IMG/VR virus record: IMGVR_UViG_638276462_000001
Coordinates: 6,655-70,654 of that record
Reading direction: 5' to 3' (one strand)
DNA from: a virus
Lineage: Duplodnaviria; Caudoviricetes
DNA: 64,000 nt
Every line of letters starts with the position of its first letter. The first letter of the stretch is position 1. The notes under the pieces were generated by a model, which did not search any database, was not told the origin of the DNA, and was given only the letters and a program-made list of their open reading frames with translations. Positions 56,122-63,967 of the stretch are shown here, in pieces. The position numbers and the translations under genes are program-made.

Positions 56122-56372
56122 CTCGGGTCGACCCTCGGATGCTTGCCGCTGGCCAGCAGCTTGATGCCCTCCACGGACAGGCCCACGCGGTGCCGCCCCG
56201 GCCCGGTCTGGTCCTTGATCATCAGCACCCACCAATCGGCGGTCGGCGTCGAGCGCGACGACCAGCGCACGTGCCTGCCCTCCTCGCGGGGTGGCGGCAC
56301 GATCTGCGACAGGGTCGACGGCTCACCGACCCGCACACCTACCCGGCACTCCATGGCCTGCTGGTGGTTCAC
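56118..56372 (-). CDS. Hypothetical protein
   Basis: GTGA overlap chain. Confidence 0.55.
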   Translation of the reverse strand: MNHQQAMECRVGVRVGEPSTLSQIVPPPREEGRHVRWSSRSTPTADWWVLMIKDQTGPGRHRVGLSVEGIKLLASGKHPRVDPR

Positions 56373-56524
56373 CTCTGGGCCTCCTCGTCGCGTTCCCAGT
56401 CGTCCAGGATCGCGGTCAGCCGGTTCAGCGGCACCACCAGCGCGCTGCCGTATTCGGCGCACAGCTCGCGGATACGGCGCAGCGCCAGGTCACGCGGCGA
56501 CAGCGCGAACGGGTCGGTGATCAC
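56369..56524 (-). CDS. 51-aa hypothetical protein (MITDPFALSPRDLALRRIRE...)
   Basis: GTGA overlaps at both ends; SD GAGGAG. Confidence 0.55.
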   Translation of the reverse strand: MITDPFALSPRDLALRRIRELCAEYGSALVVPLNRLTAILDDWERDEEAQR

Positions 56525-56733
56525 AGGTCGAACTCCTCGTCGTACATGGGCAGGAACTCACTGGCCGGGCGCGGCTGCCCGGCGGCAACGCTGGCGTCGA
56601 ACAGGCCCAGCAGGTGCTCCAGGTACCGCACGTGCGGGCTGGGCTCCAGCCCGTTGTCCGGCGCGTCGACAATGCGCTGGATGAACTTGCGGCGTTGGCG
56701 GGGCACGTCCATCCCGTGGCTGACGGTTTTCAC
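56521..56733 (-). CDS. Hypothetical protein
   Basis: GTGA overlap; SD AGGAG. Confidence 0.6.
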   Translation of the reverse strand: MKTVSHGMDVPRQRRKFIQRIVDAPDNGLEPSPHVRYLEHLLGLFDASVAAGQPRPASEFLPMYDEEFDL

Positions 56734-56978
56734 GGGCACTCCTGGCCAGGTCGGTGGATCAGGTGGCATTGCGCGCAGATAACCTCCCGCGCGCCCAGGG
56801 TGAACTCCTTCATGTCGATGGCGTCCTCACTGCCCGGCCCGCGCACCGTTGGCCAGTGCTCGGGCTGCTCGGGTGCTGGCCCGCAGTCGATGCCCGGCAG
56901 GCAGCTGTCGCAGCCCAGCACCTCGCTGTGCCCACGGTGGCCGCACTTGCGGCACGGCACCCGGTAGTCGAACGTCAT
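56730..56978 (-). CDS. Cys-rich hypothetical protein
   Basis: CRKCGH..H..C..C; ATGA overlap. Confidence 0.6.
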   Translation of the reverse strand: MTFDYRVPCRKCGHRGHSEVLGCDSCLPGIDCGPAPEQPEHWPTVRGPGSEDAIDMKEFTLGAREVICAQCHLIHRPGQECP

Positions 56979-57133
56979 GGCCGGTCGTCCCATCCGTTGC
57001 GCAGGCCACTGGTCAGGCAGGGCGCGTTCGCCGTGTTGGTGTGCTCGGCGAAGCAGCGCTTGCCCTCGTCGTCGCGCACCACGTCGACCGTCTTGGTGCA
57101 GACCGGGCACCAGTAGGTGCCGTCGGCGGTCAC
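56975..57133 (-). CDS. Small Zn-ribbon protein
   Basis: CPVC...H...C..SG. Confidence 0.55.
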   Translation of the reverse strand: MTADGTYWCPVCTKTVDVVRDDEGKRCFAEHTNTANAPCLTSGLRNGWDDRP

Positions 57134-57612
57134 CGCGTCCTCACTACGGCTGTCAGCTCCCACGGGGCGGCGTCGGGCAGCTGGTCGCGGCCGACGGTCA
57201 GCAGCGTGCCGATGTCGTCGTGCAGCACCAGCGCCCAGGGGCTCACGCCGACGCGCACGTTGCCCGCCAGCGGCCGGTCCAGCGTCACCTCGGCCAGGGT
57301 CACGTGGTCGCGGTGGCAGGGCCTCCACGGTGCCCACCACGGGCGGGCGTCCAGCGCCGCCACCATGGCGACCAGCATGGTGCCGGGCACGACCTCGGTG
57401 GCCGGGTCGATTGCGGCCGGTGCGGTGGCCAGCGTTGCCGCCTGCTGGCCCGCGCGGCGGTGCAGCAGCCACACGCGCAGCACGAACCCCAGGGCCACGC
57501 CCAGGGCGGCGTCACGCCAGCTGAACTGCCAGCCCAGCAGCGTGTCCAGCCACCAGGCCAGCAGCCCGGCCACCGGCACGACCACCAGCCACCAGAACAG
57601 CCAGTCCCTCAT
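57130..57612 (-). CDS. Membrane protein
   Basis: Two N-terminal TM helices. Confidence 0.65.
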   Translation of the reverse strand: MRDWLFWWLVVVPVAGLLAWWLDTLLGWQFSWRDAALGVALGFVLRVWLLHRRAGQQAATLATAPAAIDPATEVVPGTMLVAMVAALDARPWWAPWRPCHRDHVTLAEVTLDRPLAGNVRVGVSPWALVLHDDIGTLLTVGRDQLPDAAPWELTAVVRTR

Positions 57613-57758
57613 GGACGCCATGGCTCGGCCCCCGTTCCGGTGCTGATGTTGTGCGTGAAGCACCAGCCGTACCGCCAGCGGCAGTCCGGCCCGCAGGGCA
57701 GCAGGCCCACTGTCTGCACCAGCTTGGCCAGCTCGGCGTTCGTCATGTTGGCGTCCAT
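57609..57758 (-). CDS. Small Cys/His protein
   Basis: TGATG overlap; SD GGAGG. Confidence 0.5.
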   Translation of the reverse strand: MDANMTNAELAKLVQTVGLLPCGPDCRWRYGWCFTHNISTGTGAEPWRP

Positions 57759-58081
57759 CAGTTGCCCTCCAGCTTCGCGCGCAGTGCGGCCAGGTCGATG
57801 TCGTCCAGGGGCGGCACGATGGGCGGCAGGATCAGGGGCAGCGCCACGTCGTGCGTGTTGCACCACACCGCGACCGGCTCATCGGCCGTGCCGTAGTCAA
57901 ACATCAGGCGGCAGCCCAGCTGGGCGTGGACGCCGACCTCGGGGTTCATGTTGGGCAGCCAGCCGTTGACGGGCTCGGCCGGGCGGGCGGTCACCGCCTG
58001 GGCGATGTCCTCCAGGGCCTGGACCGCGCGCTTGGCCAAGGTCATGGCGTCACGGGTCGGGCCGGGGAGCAGGTTAACCAT
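57758..58081 (-). CDS. Hypothetical protein
   Basis: SD AAAGGA. Confidence 0.65.
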   Translation of the reverse strand: MVNLLPGPTRDAMTLAKRAVQALEDIAQAVTARPAEPVNGWLPNMNPEVGVHAQLGCRLMFDYGTADEPVAVWCNTHDVALPLILPPIVPPLDDIDLAALRAKLEGN

Positions 58082-58337
58082 GGTCGGGTCGTCCTTTCGA
58101 CGTGAGGGGTAGGCCAGCCCGCCGGAGCGTGGCGATGGCGTTCTTGAGGCTGCGGGTGTCGCTGGGCGTACTGGGGAACACGGTGGTCAGCACGCCGCCG
58201 ATGTACACCTTGAAGTGCCCTCGGTGGGCCTTGACCTCGGCACCCACCTCCTGCACCGCACTGACGAGCGCGCGTACCTCGGGGTGCGTACCGCCGCCCC
58301 GTTTTCGGCCGCAGCCTGGTATCGGTTGGTTGGCCAC
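58074..58337 (-). CDS. HicA-like (dsRBD-fold) protein
   Basis: RALVSAVQEVGAEV...RGHFKV...PSTPSD.RSLKN.IA.LRRAG; SD AAAGGAGG. Confidence 0.65.
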   Translation of the reverse strand: MANQPIPGCGRKRGGGTHPEVRALVSAVQEVGAEVKAHRGHFKVYIGGVLTTVFPSTPSDTRSLKNAIATLRRAGLPLTSKGRPDHG

Positions 58338-58355
58338 GATGGGCCTCCTTTCGGT

Positions 58356-58380
58356 GGCGGGCCGGGCCTTCCGGCCCGCC
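58356..58380. other. 10-bp GC hairpin upstream of SD
   Basis: GGCGGGCCGG-GCCTT-CCGGCCCGCC. Confidence 0.65.
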
Positions 58381-58392
58381 GGGTAGGGGCGG

Positions 58393-58689
58393 TTAGCCCA
58401 GGTCAGGGGTGTTGTCGGTGTGGCCGTTGACCCAATTGGTGACGTGGATGACCGCCATGCCGTCGGCCCCGTCGAGGTCGAATACCGCCACGCGGTCCTT
58501 GCCGTTGTCCTCTCCGGCGCGGTCTTGGGCGTAGCCAAACGCCACGTGGTGGCGCAGCTCCAGCCAAACCACCTGACCCTTGTCGGCCTGGGCTTCGATC
58601 ATGCCGTCGAGCATGTCAGCGCCCTTGATGCCGCGATCTTCGAGCAGATCGACAACCTGGCCCTTGGCGACGGTAACGATGGTGGACAT
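58393..58689 (-). CDS. Hypothetical protein (MSTIVTV...)
   Basis: SD AAGGAG after cassette. Confidence 0.75.
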   Translation of the reverse strand: MSTIVTVAKGQVVDLLEDRGIKGADMLDGMIEAQADKGQVVWLELRHHVAFGYAQDRAGEDNGKDRVAVFDLDGADGMAVIHVTNWVNGHTDNTPDLG

Positions 58690-58710
58690 TGCTGGCTCCT
58701 TACCTGCGGC

Positions 58711-58771
58711 GGCGGGGCTGTCCCGCCTGGCTGATGTGAACACACTAACCCGACTAAGGCGGGTAAGTCAA
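58711..58771 (-). repeat. Promoter-operator-hairpin cassette, copy 3
   Basis: TTGACT-TACCCGCCTTAGTCGGGT-TAGTGT...GGCGGG ACAGC CCCGCC. Confidence 0.9.
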
Positions 58772-58941
58772 GAGCTTCTACCAGCGAAAATAGATGGATC
58801 TATGGCGTGGCGGCGCACCATGCCGTCGGCACGCTCGGCCCAGTGCTTGCCGCACACCGCGCAGTACGCATGACCCCGAAAGGTGCGGGCCGGGGCCTTG
58901 CCAGACCCCGGACACCGCACCCGATCAGTTACGCCCGGCAT
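58768..58941 (-). CDS. Small Zn-ribbon protein
   Basis: CPGSG...CAVCG...H; start uncertain. Confidence 0.5.
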   Translation of the reverse strand: MPGVTDRVRCPGSGKAPARTFRGHAYCAVCGKHWAERADGMVRRHAIDPSIFAGRSS

Positions 58942-59113
58942 TCCACGCAGCGGGCAGGAACCCGCCACCAACGATCCACGTGTGAAGCCCCATGAAGCGC
59001 TCGGCCAGGGCTGTCGCGTCCTGCCCCAGGTTGTCGGGGTAGGTGTCGGCCTCGTCGTTGAGCACGGCGTTCGCATAGTCGATCAGCTCGGCCAGCGCGG
59101 CGTTCGGGTCCAT
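58925..59113 (-). CDS. Hypothetical protein (MDPNAAL...GGFLPAAW)
   Basis: TGATG overlap; SD GGAGG. Confidence 0.7.
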   Translation of the reverse strand: MDPNAALAELIDYANAVLNDEADTYPDNLGQDATALAERFMGLHTWIVGGGFLPAAWNAGRN

Positions 59114-59322
59114 CAGCTGACCTCCACCCACTGCATGACGACCGCCAGGGCGGCGTCGTAGCTGTCGGTGTCGGTGACCGCGTTGACGAACTCCGTCACC
59201 TCGGCCACGTGCCCGGCCGCACGCAGCGCCTTGCTGACCTTGCCGATGATGAAGAACACGTTGCCGTCCTGGCCGGTCAGCTGCACGTGGACATCGGGGA
59301 AACGGGGCGCGGCACCGGCCAT
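59113..59322 (-). CDS. Hypothetical protein (LTGQDGNVFFIIGKV type)
   Basis: TGATG overlap; compact conserved-looking domain. Confidence 0.75.
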   Translation of the reverse strand: MAGAAPRFPDVHVQLTGQDGNVFFIIGKVSKALRAAGHVAEVTEFVNAVTDTDSYDAALAVVMQWVEVS

Positions 59323-59942
59323 CAGTAGCCGCCCTCGCGCTCACGGCCAAACGGGCTGCTGCCGCCGAAAACCACGCCACCGGCCGCATACCCTCCGCGC
59401 CCGCCGCCACCGACCCCACCGTGGGCCTGGGGCACCGTAGCGCGGACCAGCGGGTCGACCACGCCGCCGGGGCTGTAGGTGCCCAGCACCCGGCCGAAGG
59501 TGCCCATGCGTTCGGCCACCGGCTCCTCGTCCTCGGGGTCCGGCCCCAGGCGCTCGACACCGGTCAGCCGGTCCAGGCTCGGCCAGTTGGCTTCGCCGAT
59601 GAACTGGAGCAGGCCCGGCCAGTTGAACCGATCAGTGGTCTGGCCCGTGACGGTCCAGCGCACCGCGTTGCCGTAGCGCCAGCCGACGGCGGCGTAGGCG
59701 TACGTCCGACCGCTCTGGTACTTGGTGAACCCGACGACCACGGCACTGCCGGGCTCCACGTCGGGCTGCTTGGGCTTGCGGGCCTCGCGGCGCGCCAGCT
59801 CGGCCTCGGCCACGGCACGGTCGACTTCACCGGCCTGGGCCAGCAGCTCGGCAGCCTTGGCGCGCAGTGCGGCGGCGCTGGCCAGCTGCGGCGGCAGCGA
59901 CTGCGGCTCCGTGGCCTTGGCGTTCTCGTTCTCGTTGGACAT
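59322..59942 (-). CDS. Hypothetical protein
   Basis: SD AGGAGG with ACCACAACCAC leader. Confidence 0.75.
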   Translation of the reverse strand: MSNENENAKATEPQSLPPQLASAAALRAKAAELLAQAGEVDRAVAEAELARREARKPKQPDVEPGSAVVVGFTKYQSGRTYAYAAVGWRYGNAVRWTVTGQTTDRFNWPGLLQFIGEANWPSLDRLTGVERLGPDPEDEEPVAERMGTFGRVLGTYSPGGVVDPLVRATVPQAHGGVGGGGRGGYAAGGVVFGGSSPFGREREGGY

Positions 59943-59974
59943 GGTGGTTGTTCCTCCTGGTGGTTGTGGTGGGA

Positions 59975-60196
59975 CTACGGGGTCTCGGCCGGGCCGGAGC
60001 CGTAGCTGCTGGGGTGCTTGGCGTCCTTGCAGCGGCTGTTCTTGCCCGCCATGCCGATGCCGTGCTTGGCGTTCACGAACGCGGGGTTCATGCACGCTTG
60101 GTCGTAGACCGGGTACTGGCCGGTCTCGGCGCTGGCGGCAGCCGCCCCGAACAGGGCCATGCCTGCGGTCAGTGCGGCGGCGATCAGGTACTTCAT
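59975..60196 (-). CDS. Small secreted protein
   Basis: Signal peptide MKYLIAAAL...ASA; two Cys; SD AAGGAG. Confidence 0.7.
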   Translation of the reverse strand: MKYLIAAALTAGMALFGAAAASAETGQYPVYDQACMNPAFVNAKHGIGMAGKNSRCKDAKHPSSYGSGPAETP

Positions 60197-60231
60197 GGTG
60201 TTCTCCTTGGTTGTGGTGGTTGGGTACTGCG

Positions 60232-60301
60232 CTCCAGGGGCGGGAGTCGAACCCGCGTGGTGACCCGTCGGCCGTGGCGACCCCGTCGCGCCAGCCCTGG
60301 A
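60232..60301 (-). ncRNA. tRNA-like element 2 (4-nt loop in place of anticodon loop)
   Basis: TCCAGGG-CT-GGCG-CGACGGGGT-CGCC-AC-GGCC-GACG-GGTC-ACCAC-GCGGG-TTCGACT-CCCGC-CCCTGGA-G. Confidence 0.75.
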
Positions 60302-60304
60302 AGG

Positions 60305-60356
60305 GGTGCCGGTGGTTCGTGCCCGCACTTGGCTCGGGCGCGTGCCCACCGGCACC
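60305..60356 (-). other. Long hairpin directly 5' of tRNA-like element 2
   Basis: GGTGCCGGTGG/CCACCGGCACC plus GCCCG/CGGGC. Confidence 0.65.
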
Positions 60357-60362
60357 GGTCTA

Positions 60363-61415
60363 CTACACCGGCAGCAGCGCCGTGAACGCCTTGGCCTTCA
60401 TGTTGCCGATGTCGCTGCTCATCAGGGTGCGCTGGGCGCGGCGGATGGCTGCGTCCTCACCCTCGGCACCGGCGACCGGGCGGTGGTGGTCCAGGTACTC
60501 GGTCACCGCGTTGTACACGCCGAACGCCGTGCCACGGAACGGAGCCACCGTGTCGGCGGTGCGGTACAGGTCGACCACCTCGGCGGCGCGCAGCTTGCGG
60601 CTCTCGGCCTGCTTCTCGGTGCTGGCACCGGGCACGTTCCAGATGTCCTCCAGCACCTCCAGCACCTGCACCGGGTTCATCTCCCGCTTGATCAACAGTT
60701 CGCACTGCTCCACGAACGTGTCGCGGTAGGCGAAGGTCAGGCCCAGCAGCTGGCGCACCTCGGCCAGGCGCTTGTCCGGCTCACCCGTGTGGCGCAGGCT
60801 CACGCAGCTGCGGGCGGCGTTCTCGGCCATCCGCTGCGTGTTGGCGCACACGATGCGCACCGGGCTGATGATGGCCCGCAGCGCGTCCTCACCCGTGTGG
60901 TTGTTCAGGATGCTGATGTACAGGTCGGTGATGTCCTTGAGCCCGGTCACGGGGCTGACGAACTCCATGTGGGCGGGCATCTTCATGGTGACGAAGGTGT
61001 CCCGGCCACCGCGCAGCGCGCCAATGGTCTCGATGTGCGCGCCGCCCTCGTCCACGATCTGGCTGAGCAGCGCAGTGGTCTGCTCGTTCTGGAACGGGGT
61101 CCAGCGGTTGCCGACCACGCCCAGGGCCTCGGTGCCCCCGTTGACCGGGTTCGTGCGGACCACCACGTGGCGGTCGGGCACCACCAGGCTGAGCGTTGCG
61201 CCCTCCTCGCCGGACTGGTCCGGCACCTCGGCGGTCAGCGGCACCTTGCGCACGTCCCAGCCGCGCATGTGGGCGGCGTCCAGGGCCTCGTCGGTGGTCA
61301 TCAGGTGGCCGACCGGGGTGCCCAGCTTGTGCCAGGCGTCCACCAGCCCGTTGGCGTCGGTGCGGCTGTCCGCGAAGCTGGTGACGCCGTCGGTAGTGTC
61401 GAGTTCGTGGGCCAT
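60363..61415 (-). CDS. DUF932-family protein
   Basis: AWHKLG...LGVVGNRWTPFQN...G.LRGG...N.HTG..PVRIVCANT...GTAFGVYNAVTEYLDH. Confidence 0.85.
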   Translation of the reverse strand: MAHELDTTDGVTSFADSRTDANGLVDAWHKLGTPVGHLMTTDEALDAAHMRGWDVRKVPLTAEVPDQSGEEGATLSLVVPDRHVVVRTNPVNGGTEALGVVGNRWTPFQNEQTTALLSQIVDEGGAHIETIGALRGGRDTFVTMKMPAHMEFVSPVTGLKDITDLYISILNNHTGEDALRAIISPVRIVCANTQRMAENAARSCVSLRHTGEPDKRLAEVRQLLGLTFAYRDTFVEQCELLIKREMNPVQVLEVLEDIWNVPGASTEKQAESRKLRAAEVVDLYRTADTVAPFRGTAFGVYNAVTEYLDHHRPVAGAEGEDAAIRRAQRTLMSSDIGNMKAKAFTALLPV

Positions 61416-61440
61416 GGTGTTGCTCCTTTGTGGTTGGGGT

Positions 61441-61500
61441 GGCGGGGCGGTCCCGCCTGCTGATGTGAACACAGTAACCCGACTAAGGCGGGTAAGTCAA
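61441..61500 (-). repeat. Promoter-operator-hairpin cassette, copy 4
   Basis: TTGACT-TACCCGCCTTAGTCGGGT-TACTGT...GGCGGG ACCGC CCCGCC. Confidence 0.9.
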
Positions 61501-61522
61501 GCGCTTCTAGCAGGCAATTTAG

Positions 61523-61678
61523 TCAGAAACTGCCCATCAGGTAGCCCACCGGGATGGCCAGCGCGCACGTCACGGTAAGCACCGCGCACACCAGCTCGGT
61601 CATGCTGTCCCGCCGGGAGAAGTGCAGCCCGACGCTGGCCAGCAGGCTGATGGCCACCAGCACCAGCGGGCCGGTCAC
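61523..61678 (-). CDS. Small membrane protein
   Basis: Two TM segments; GTGA overlap; SD GGAGG. Confidence 0.6.
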   Translation of the reverse strand: MTGPLVLVAISLLASVGLHFSRRDSMTELVCAVLTVTCALAIPVGYLMGSF

Positions 61679-62007
61679 CAGGGGCCTCCCTCGGGCAGGT
61701 TGAACCACGTCGACCGGCGCTGGGCGTCGGTGGGCTCGGGCTCCAGCACGGCGATGTTCTCTCCTACCAGCATGTACCAGGGCACCGGGTCCGGCCCGTG
61801 CTCGACCATGGCGGCGAACAGGCCCCCGTCGGTCTCGCGGTACACCTTGTCGGCGCGCTCGCGGCGCACCTCACGGGCCAGGTTCGCCGCCCAGGCGATG
61901 TGTGCGGCGTCCTGAGCCTTGGCCTCGGCGCGGCGACGTTTGCGCGCCCTGCGCCCGAACAGCCCGCAGGCCGGGCACCATACGGCGTGTTCCACGTGAA
62001 ACTTCAC
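61675..62007 (-). CDS. Hypothetical protein with CxxC
   Basis: GTGA overlap. Confidence 0.6.
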   Translation of the reverse strand: MKFHVEHAVWCPACGLFGRRARKRRRAEAKAQDAAHIAWAANLAREVRRERADKVYRETDGGLFAAMVEHGPDPVPWYMLVGENIAVLEPEPTDAQRRSTWFNLPEGGPW

Positions 62008-62360
62008 GGCATTACCACCTTGAACTCGTTGCGGAGCAGGCATTGGCGCTTACCCCTGGGCTTGACGAGGCAGTACAGCGGCGTGCCGTCGGCCGTCGTG
62101 GTGATCATGCTGACCCGGCAGCGCAGGCCCGCGTACTCGGCAACGTCGTTGACCACCGGCACCACCGTGTAGGCATCGCTGATGTCGATGAGCCGGGCGT
62201 GGGCGGCGCGCTGGCAAGCCAGCTGGGCGTCGGCCTTGGTACCGGCCACGGCGGTGAAGTCCGGCCCGCTGGCAGTCCAGATCGGCCGGTGCAGCTCCAG
62301 GCTCATTACGGCGTAGGGGCCTGCGGTGTACAGGCCCGGCCGCTGGCGCGTCCACTTCAT
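62004..62360 (-). CDS. Hypothetical protein
   Basis: ATGA overlap; SD GGAGG. Confidence 0.65.
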   Translation of the reverse strand: MKWTRQRPGLYTAGPYAVMSLELHRPIWTASGPDFTAVAGTKADAQLACQRAAHARLIDISDAYTVVPVVNDVAEYAGLRCRVSMITTTADGTPLYCLVKPRGKRQCLLRNEFKVVMP

Positions 62361-62581
62361 GCGCGGGCCTCCCGCCGGTCGCGCCAGTAGGCGGCGTTCT
62401 CGGTGAGTTCCCACTCCACGATGCGGCTGGCGAGCGCCCACTGGGCGTCCTCACCGGCCAGGTGGTTTTCCAGTGTGCTGGTGATGCCCTGGCCCACCGG
62501 GCAGGCGGGCTCATGGTCGGTGATGTACCCGGCGCAGCTGTCGCAGCTTGGCGGCTCCACCACGTTGGCGGGGTCGTACAT
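62357..62581 (-). CDS. Small Zn-binding protein
   Basis: CDSC...H...C; SD GAGGAGG. Confidence 0.65.
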   Translation of the reverse strand: MYDPANVVEPPSCDSCAGYITDHEPACPVGQGITSTLENHLAGEDAQWALASRIVEWELTENAAYWRDRREARA

Positions 62582-62586
62582 GGTGG

Positions 62587-62916
62587 TTATGCCTCCTCGG
62601 CGTTGATGCGGGCGATGGCTGCGGCGGCGTCCTTGGCGCTGGGCACCGCCTTGACGTAGATGATCGAGCTGCCCGGCGACAGGTCGACCTGGTAGCCGAT
62701 GGCGATCATGTCGTCGGCGAGCAGCTTGGCCTTGCGGACGTTGGCGGTGTCCAGGTCGCTGACGCTGACCCACACGTTGGCGGGCACCGTGCGCCCGTTG
62801 CCCCGGTGCACGGAGTAACCGGCCCGGTGGATCGGTTGCGTGATGATGCCGAAGTCGCGGCGCAGTGCACGGCTGACGACCGGCGCTGCGGGGAACGGGC
62901 TGGCGGGCTTGGACAT
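62587..62916 (-). CDS. Hypothetical protein
   Basis: SD AGGAGG after cassette. Confidence 0.75.
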   Translation of the reverse strand: MSKPASPFPAAPVVSRALRRDFGIITQPIHRAGYSVHRGNGRTVPANVWVSVSDLDTANVRKAKLLADDMIAIGYQVDLSPGSSIIYVKAVPSAKDAAAAIARINAEEA

Positions 62917-62937
62917 TGCGGACCTCCTGGTAGCGGT

Positions 62938-62998
62938 AGCGGGGCTGTCCCGCTTAGCTGATGTGAACACACTAACCCGACTAAGGCGGGTAAGTCAA
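62938..62998 (-). repeat. Promoter-operator-hairpin cassette, copy 5
   Basis: Same promoter; hairpin AGCGGG ACAGC CCCGCT. Confidence 0.9.
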
Positions 62999-63050
62999 GA
63001 CCCTGGCAGGGCCAGGACCAGGCAATTTGCCCGGCCCCGGCCCTGGAGGC

Positions 63051-63764
63051 TTACGCCTCGTCCTTGGCGGCAGCCTTGCGGGCGGCGCGGCGCTCGCGGC
63101 GCTTGGCCAGCCGGTCGGCCTTGTCCTCGGCGGTCTCGTTGGCGCGCTTGGCCTGGCGGCGGGCGGCACGGCGGGCCTTGCGGGCAGCCACCTTGTCGGC
63201 GTCGGCAACCTCGGCCTCGACCTGCTCGATGGTGGCGTCGGCCTCGGGCTCGACCTCGGTGGTGTCCAGCTCGGCCAGGGCCTCCTCCAGGTCACCCTCG
63301 GGGTCGGCTGCCTCGACCGGCTGGGGCTCGGGGTCGGCGGCGACCTCGGGGAACTCAGCCATGATGTCGGCCAGCGCGTCGGCGGCGGTCTCGTAGACCG
63401 TGACGTTGGGCTTCACCACGTGCTTGGTGGCCTTGGCCTTGCTGGCTTTCGGCGCGTTCTTGGCCTCGATCAGCGCGTCGATGGCCTCCTGCTGCCAGCC
63501 CTGGTCGGCGGGGAAGTCACCGAGTGCGACCACGCCCTGCACGCTGGTGGGCACGGCGGGGACCACATCGGACTCCCAGCCCTGCTCGGCGAAGTGTGCG
63601 CCGACCTTGCCGCTGCGGGCCTTCTCGGCGGCGGCGGGGCTCTTGTGCCAGCTGTAAGCGGAGTTGTTGACCATCAGGACGTGGGTGTAGGGCATGGTGC
63701 CGCTGGTGCGGGTGTAGGTCTCGCCGTTGGCGGCGGTGGCGGTGAAGGTGACGGTTGCGGCCAT
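63051..63764 (-). CDS. Hypothetical protein with acidic middle and very basic C-terminus
   Basis: SD AAGGAG after cassette. Confidence 0.8.
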   Translation of the reverse strand: MAATVTFTATAANGETYTRTSGTMPYTHVLMVNNSAYSWHKSPAAAEKARSGKVGAHFAEQGWESDVVPAVPTSVQGVVALGDFPADQGWQQEAIDALIEAKNAPKASKAKATKHVVKPNVTVYETAADALADIMAEFPEVAADPEPQPVEAADPEGDLEEALAELDTTEVEPEADATIEQVEAEVADADKVAARKARRAARRQAKRANETAEDKADRLAKRRERRAARKAAAKDEA

Positions 63765-63789
63765 TTTGGGGCTCCTTGCGGTTTGGCGT

Positions 63790-63850
63790 AGCGGGGCGGT
63801 CCCGCTGTGCTGATGTGAACACACTAACCCGACTAAGGCGGGTAAGTCAA
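63790..63850 (-). repeat. Promoter-operator-hairpin cassette, copy 6
   Basis: Same promoter; hairpin AGCGGG ACCGC CCCGCT. Confidence 0.9.
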
Positions 63851-63937
63851 GACGACCACGAAGACCAGTTTTCGCAGGTCAGGGGCCATCTTTTACGTCC
63901 ACCCCTGGTACCGCCCCCGGTGCCCGGCTCCGAATTT

Positions 63938-63967
63938 AGACTAACCCGGTATCCTCCGCGCTCGCAA
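63938..63967 (-). promoter_or_regulatory. TTGCGA-class promoter with half operator
   Basis: TTGCGA-GCGCGGAGGATACCGGGT-TAGTCT. Confidence 0.65.

Noticed and set aside
58689-63824. ORF-track starts MFTSA.../MCSHQ... shared by several genes
   Set aside because: These GTGs overlap the -10 box of the cassette; real starts follow SDs ~55-60 nt downstream
58711-63850. Repeats as a CRISPR array or IS ends
   Set aside because: Copies are kilobases apart with genes between; no cas or transposase; promoter consensus explains them
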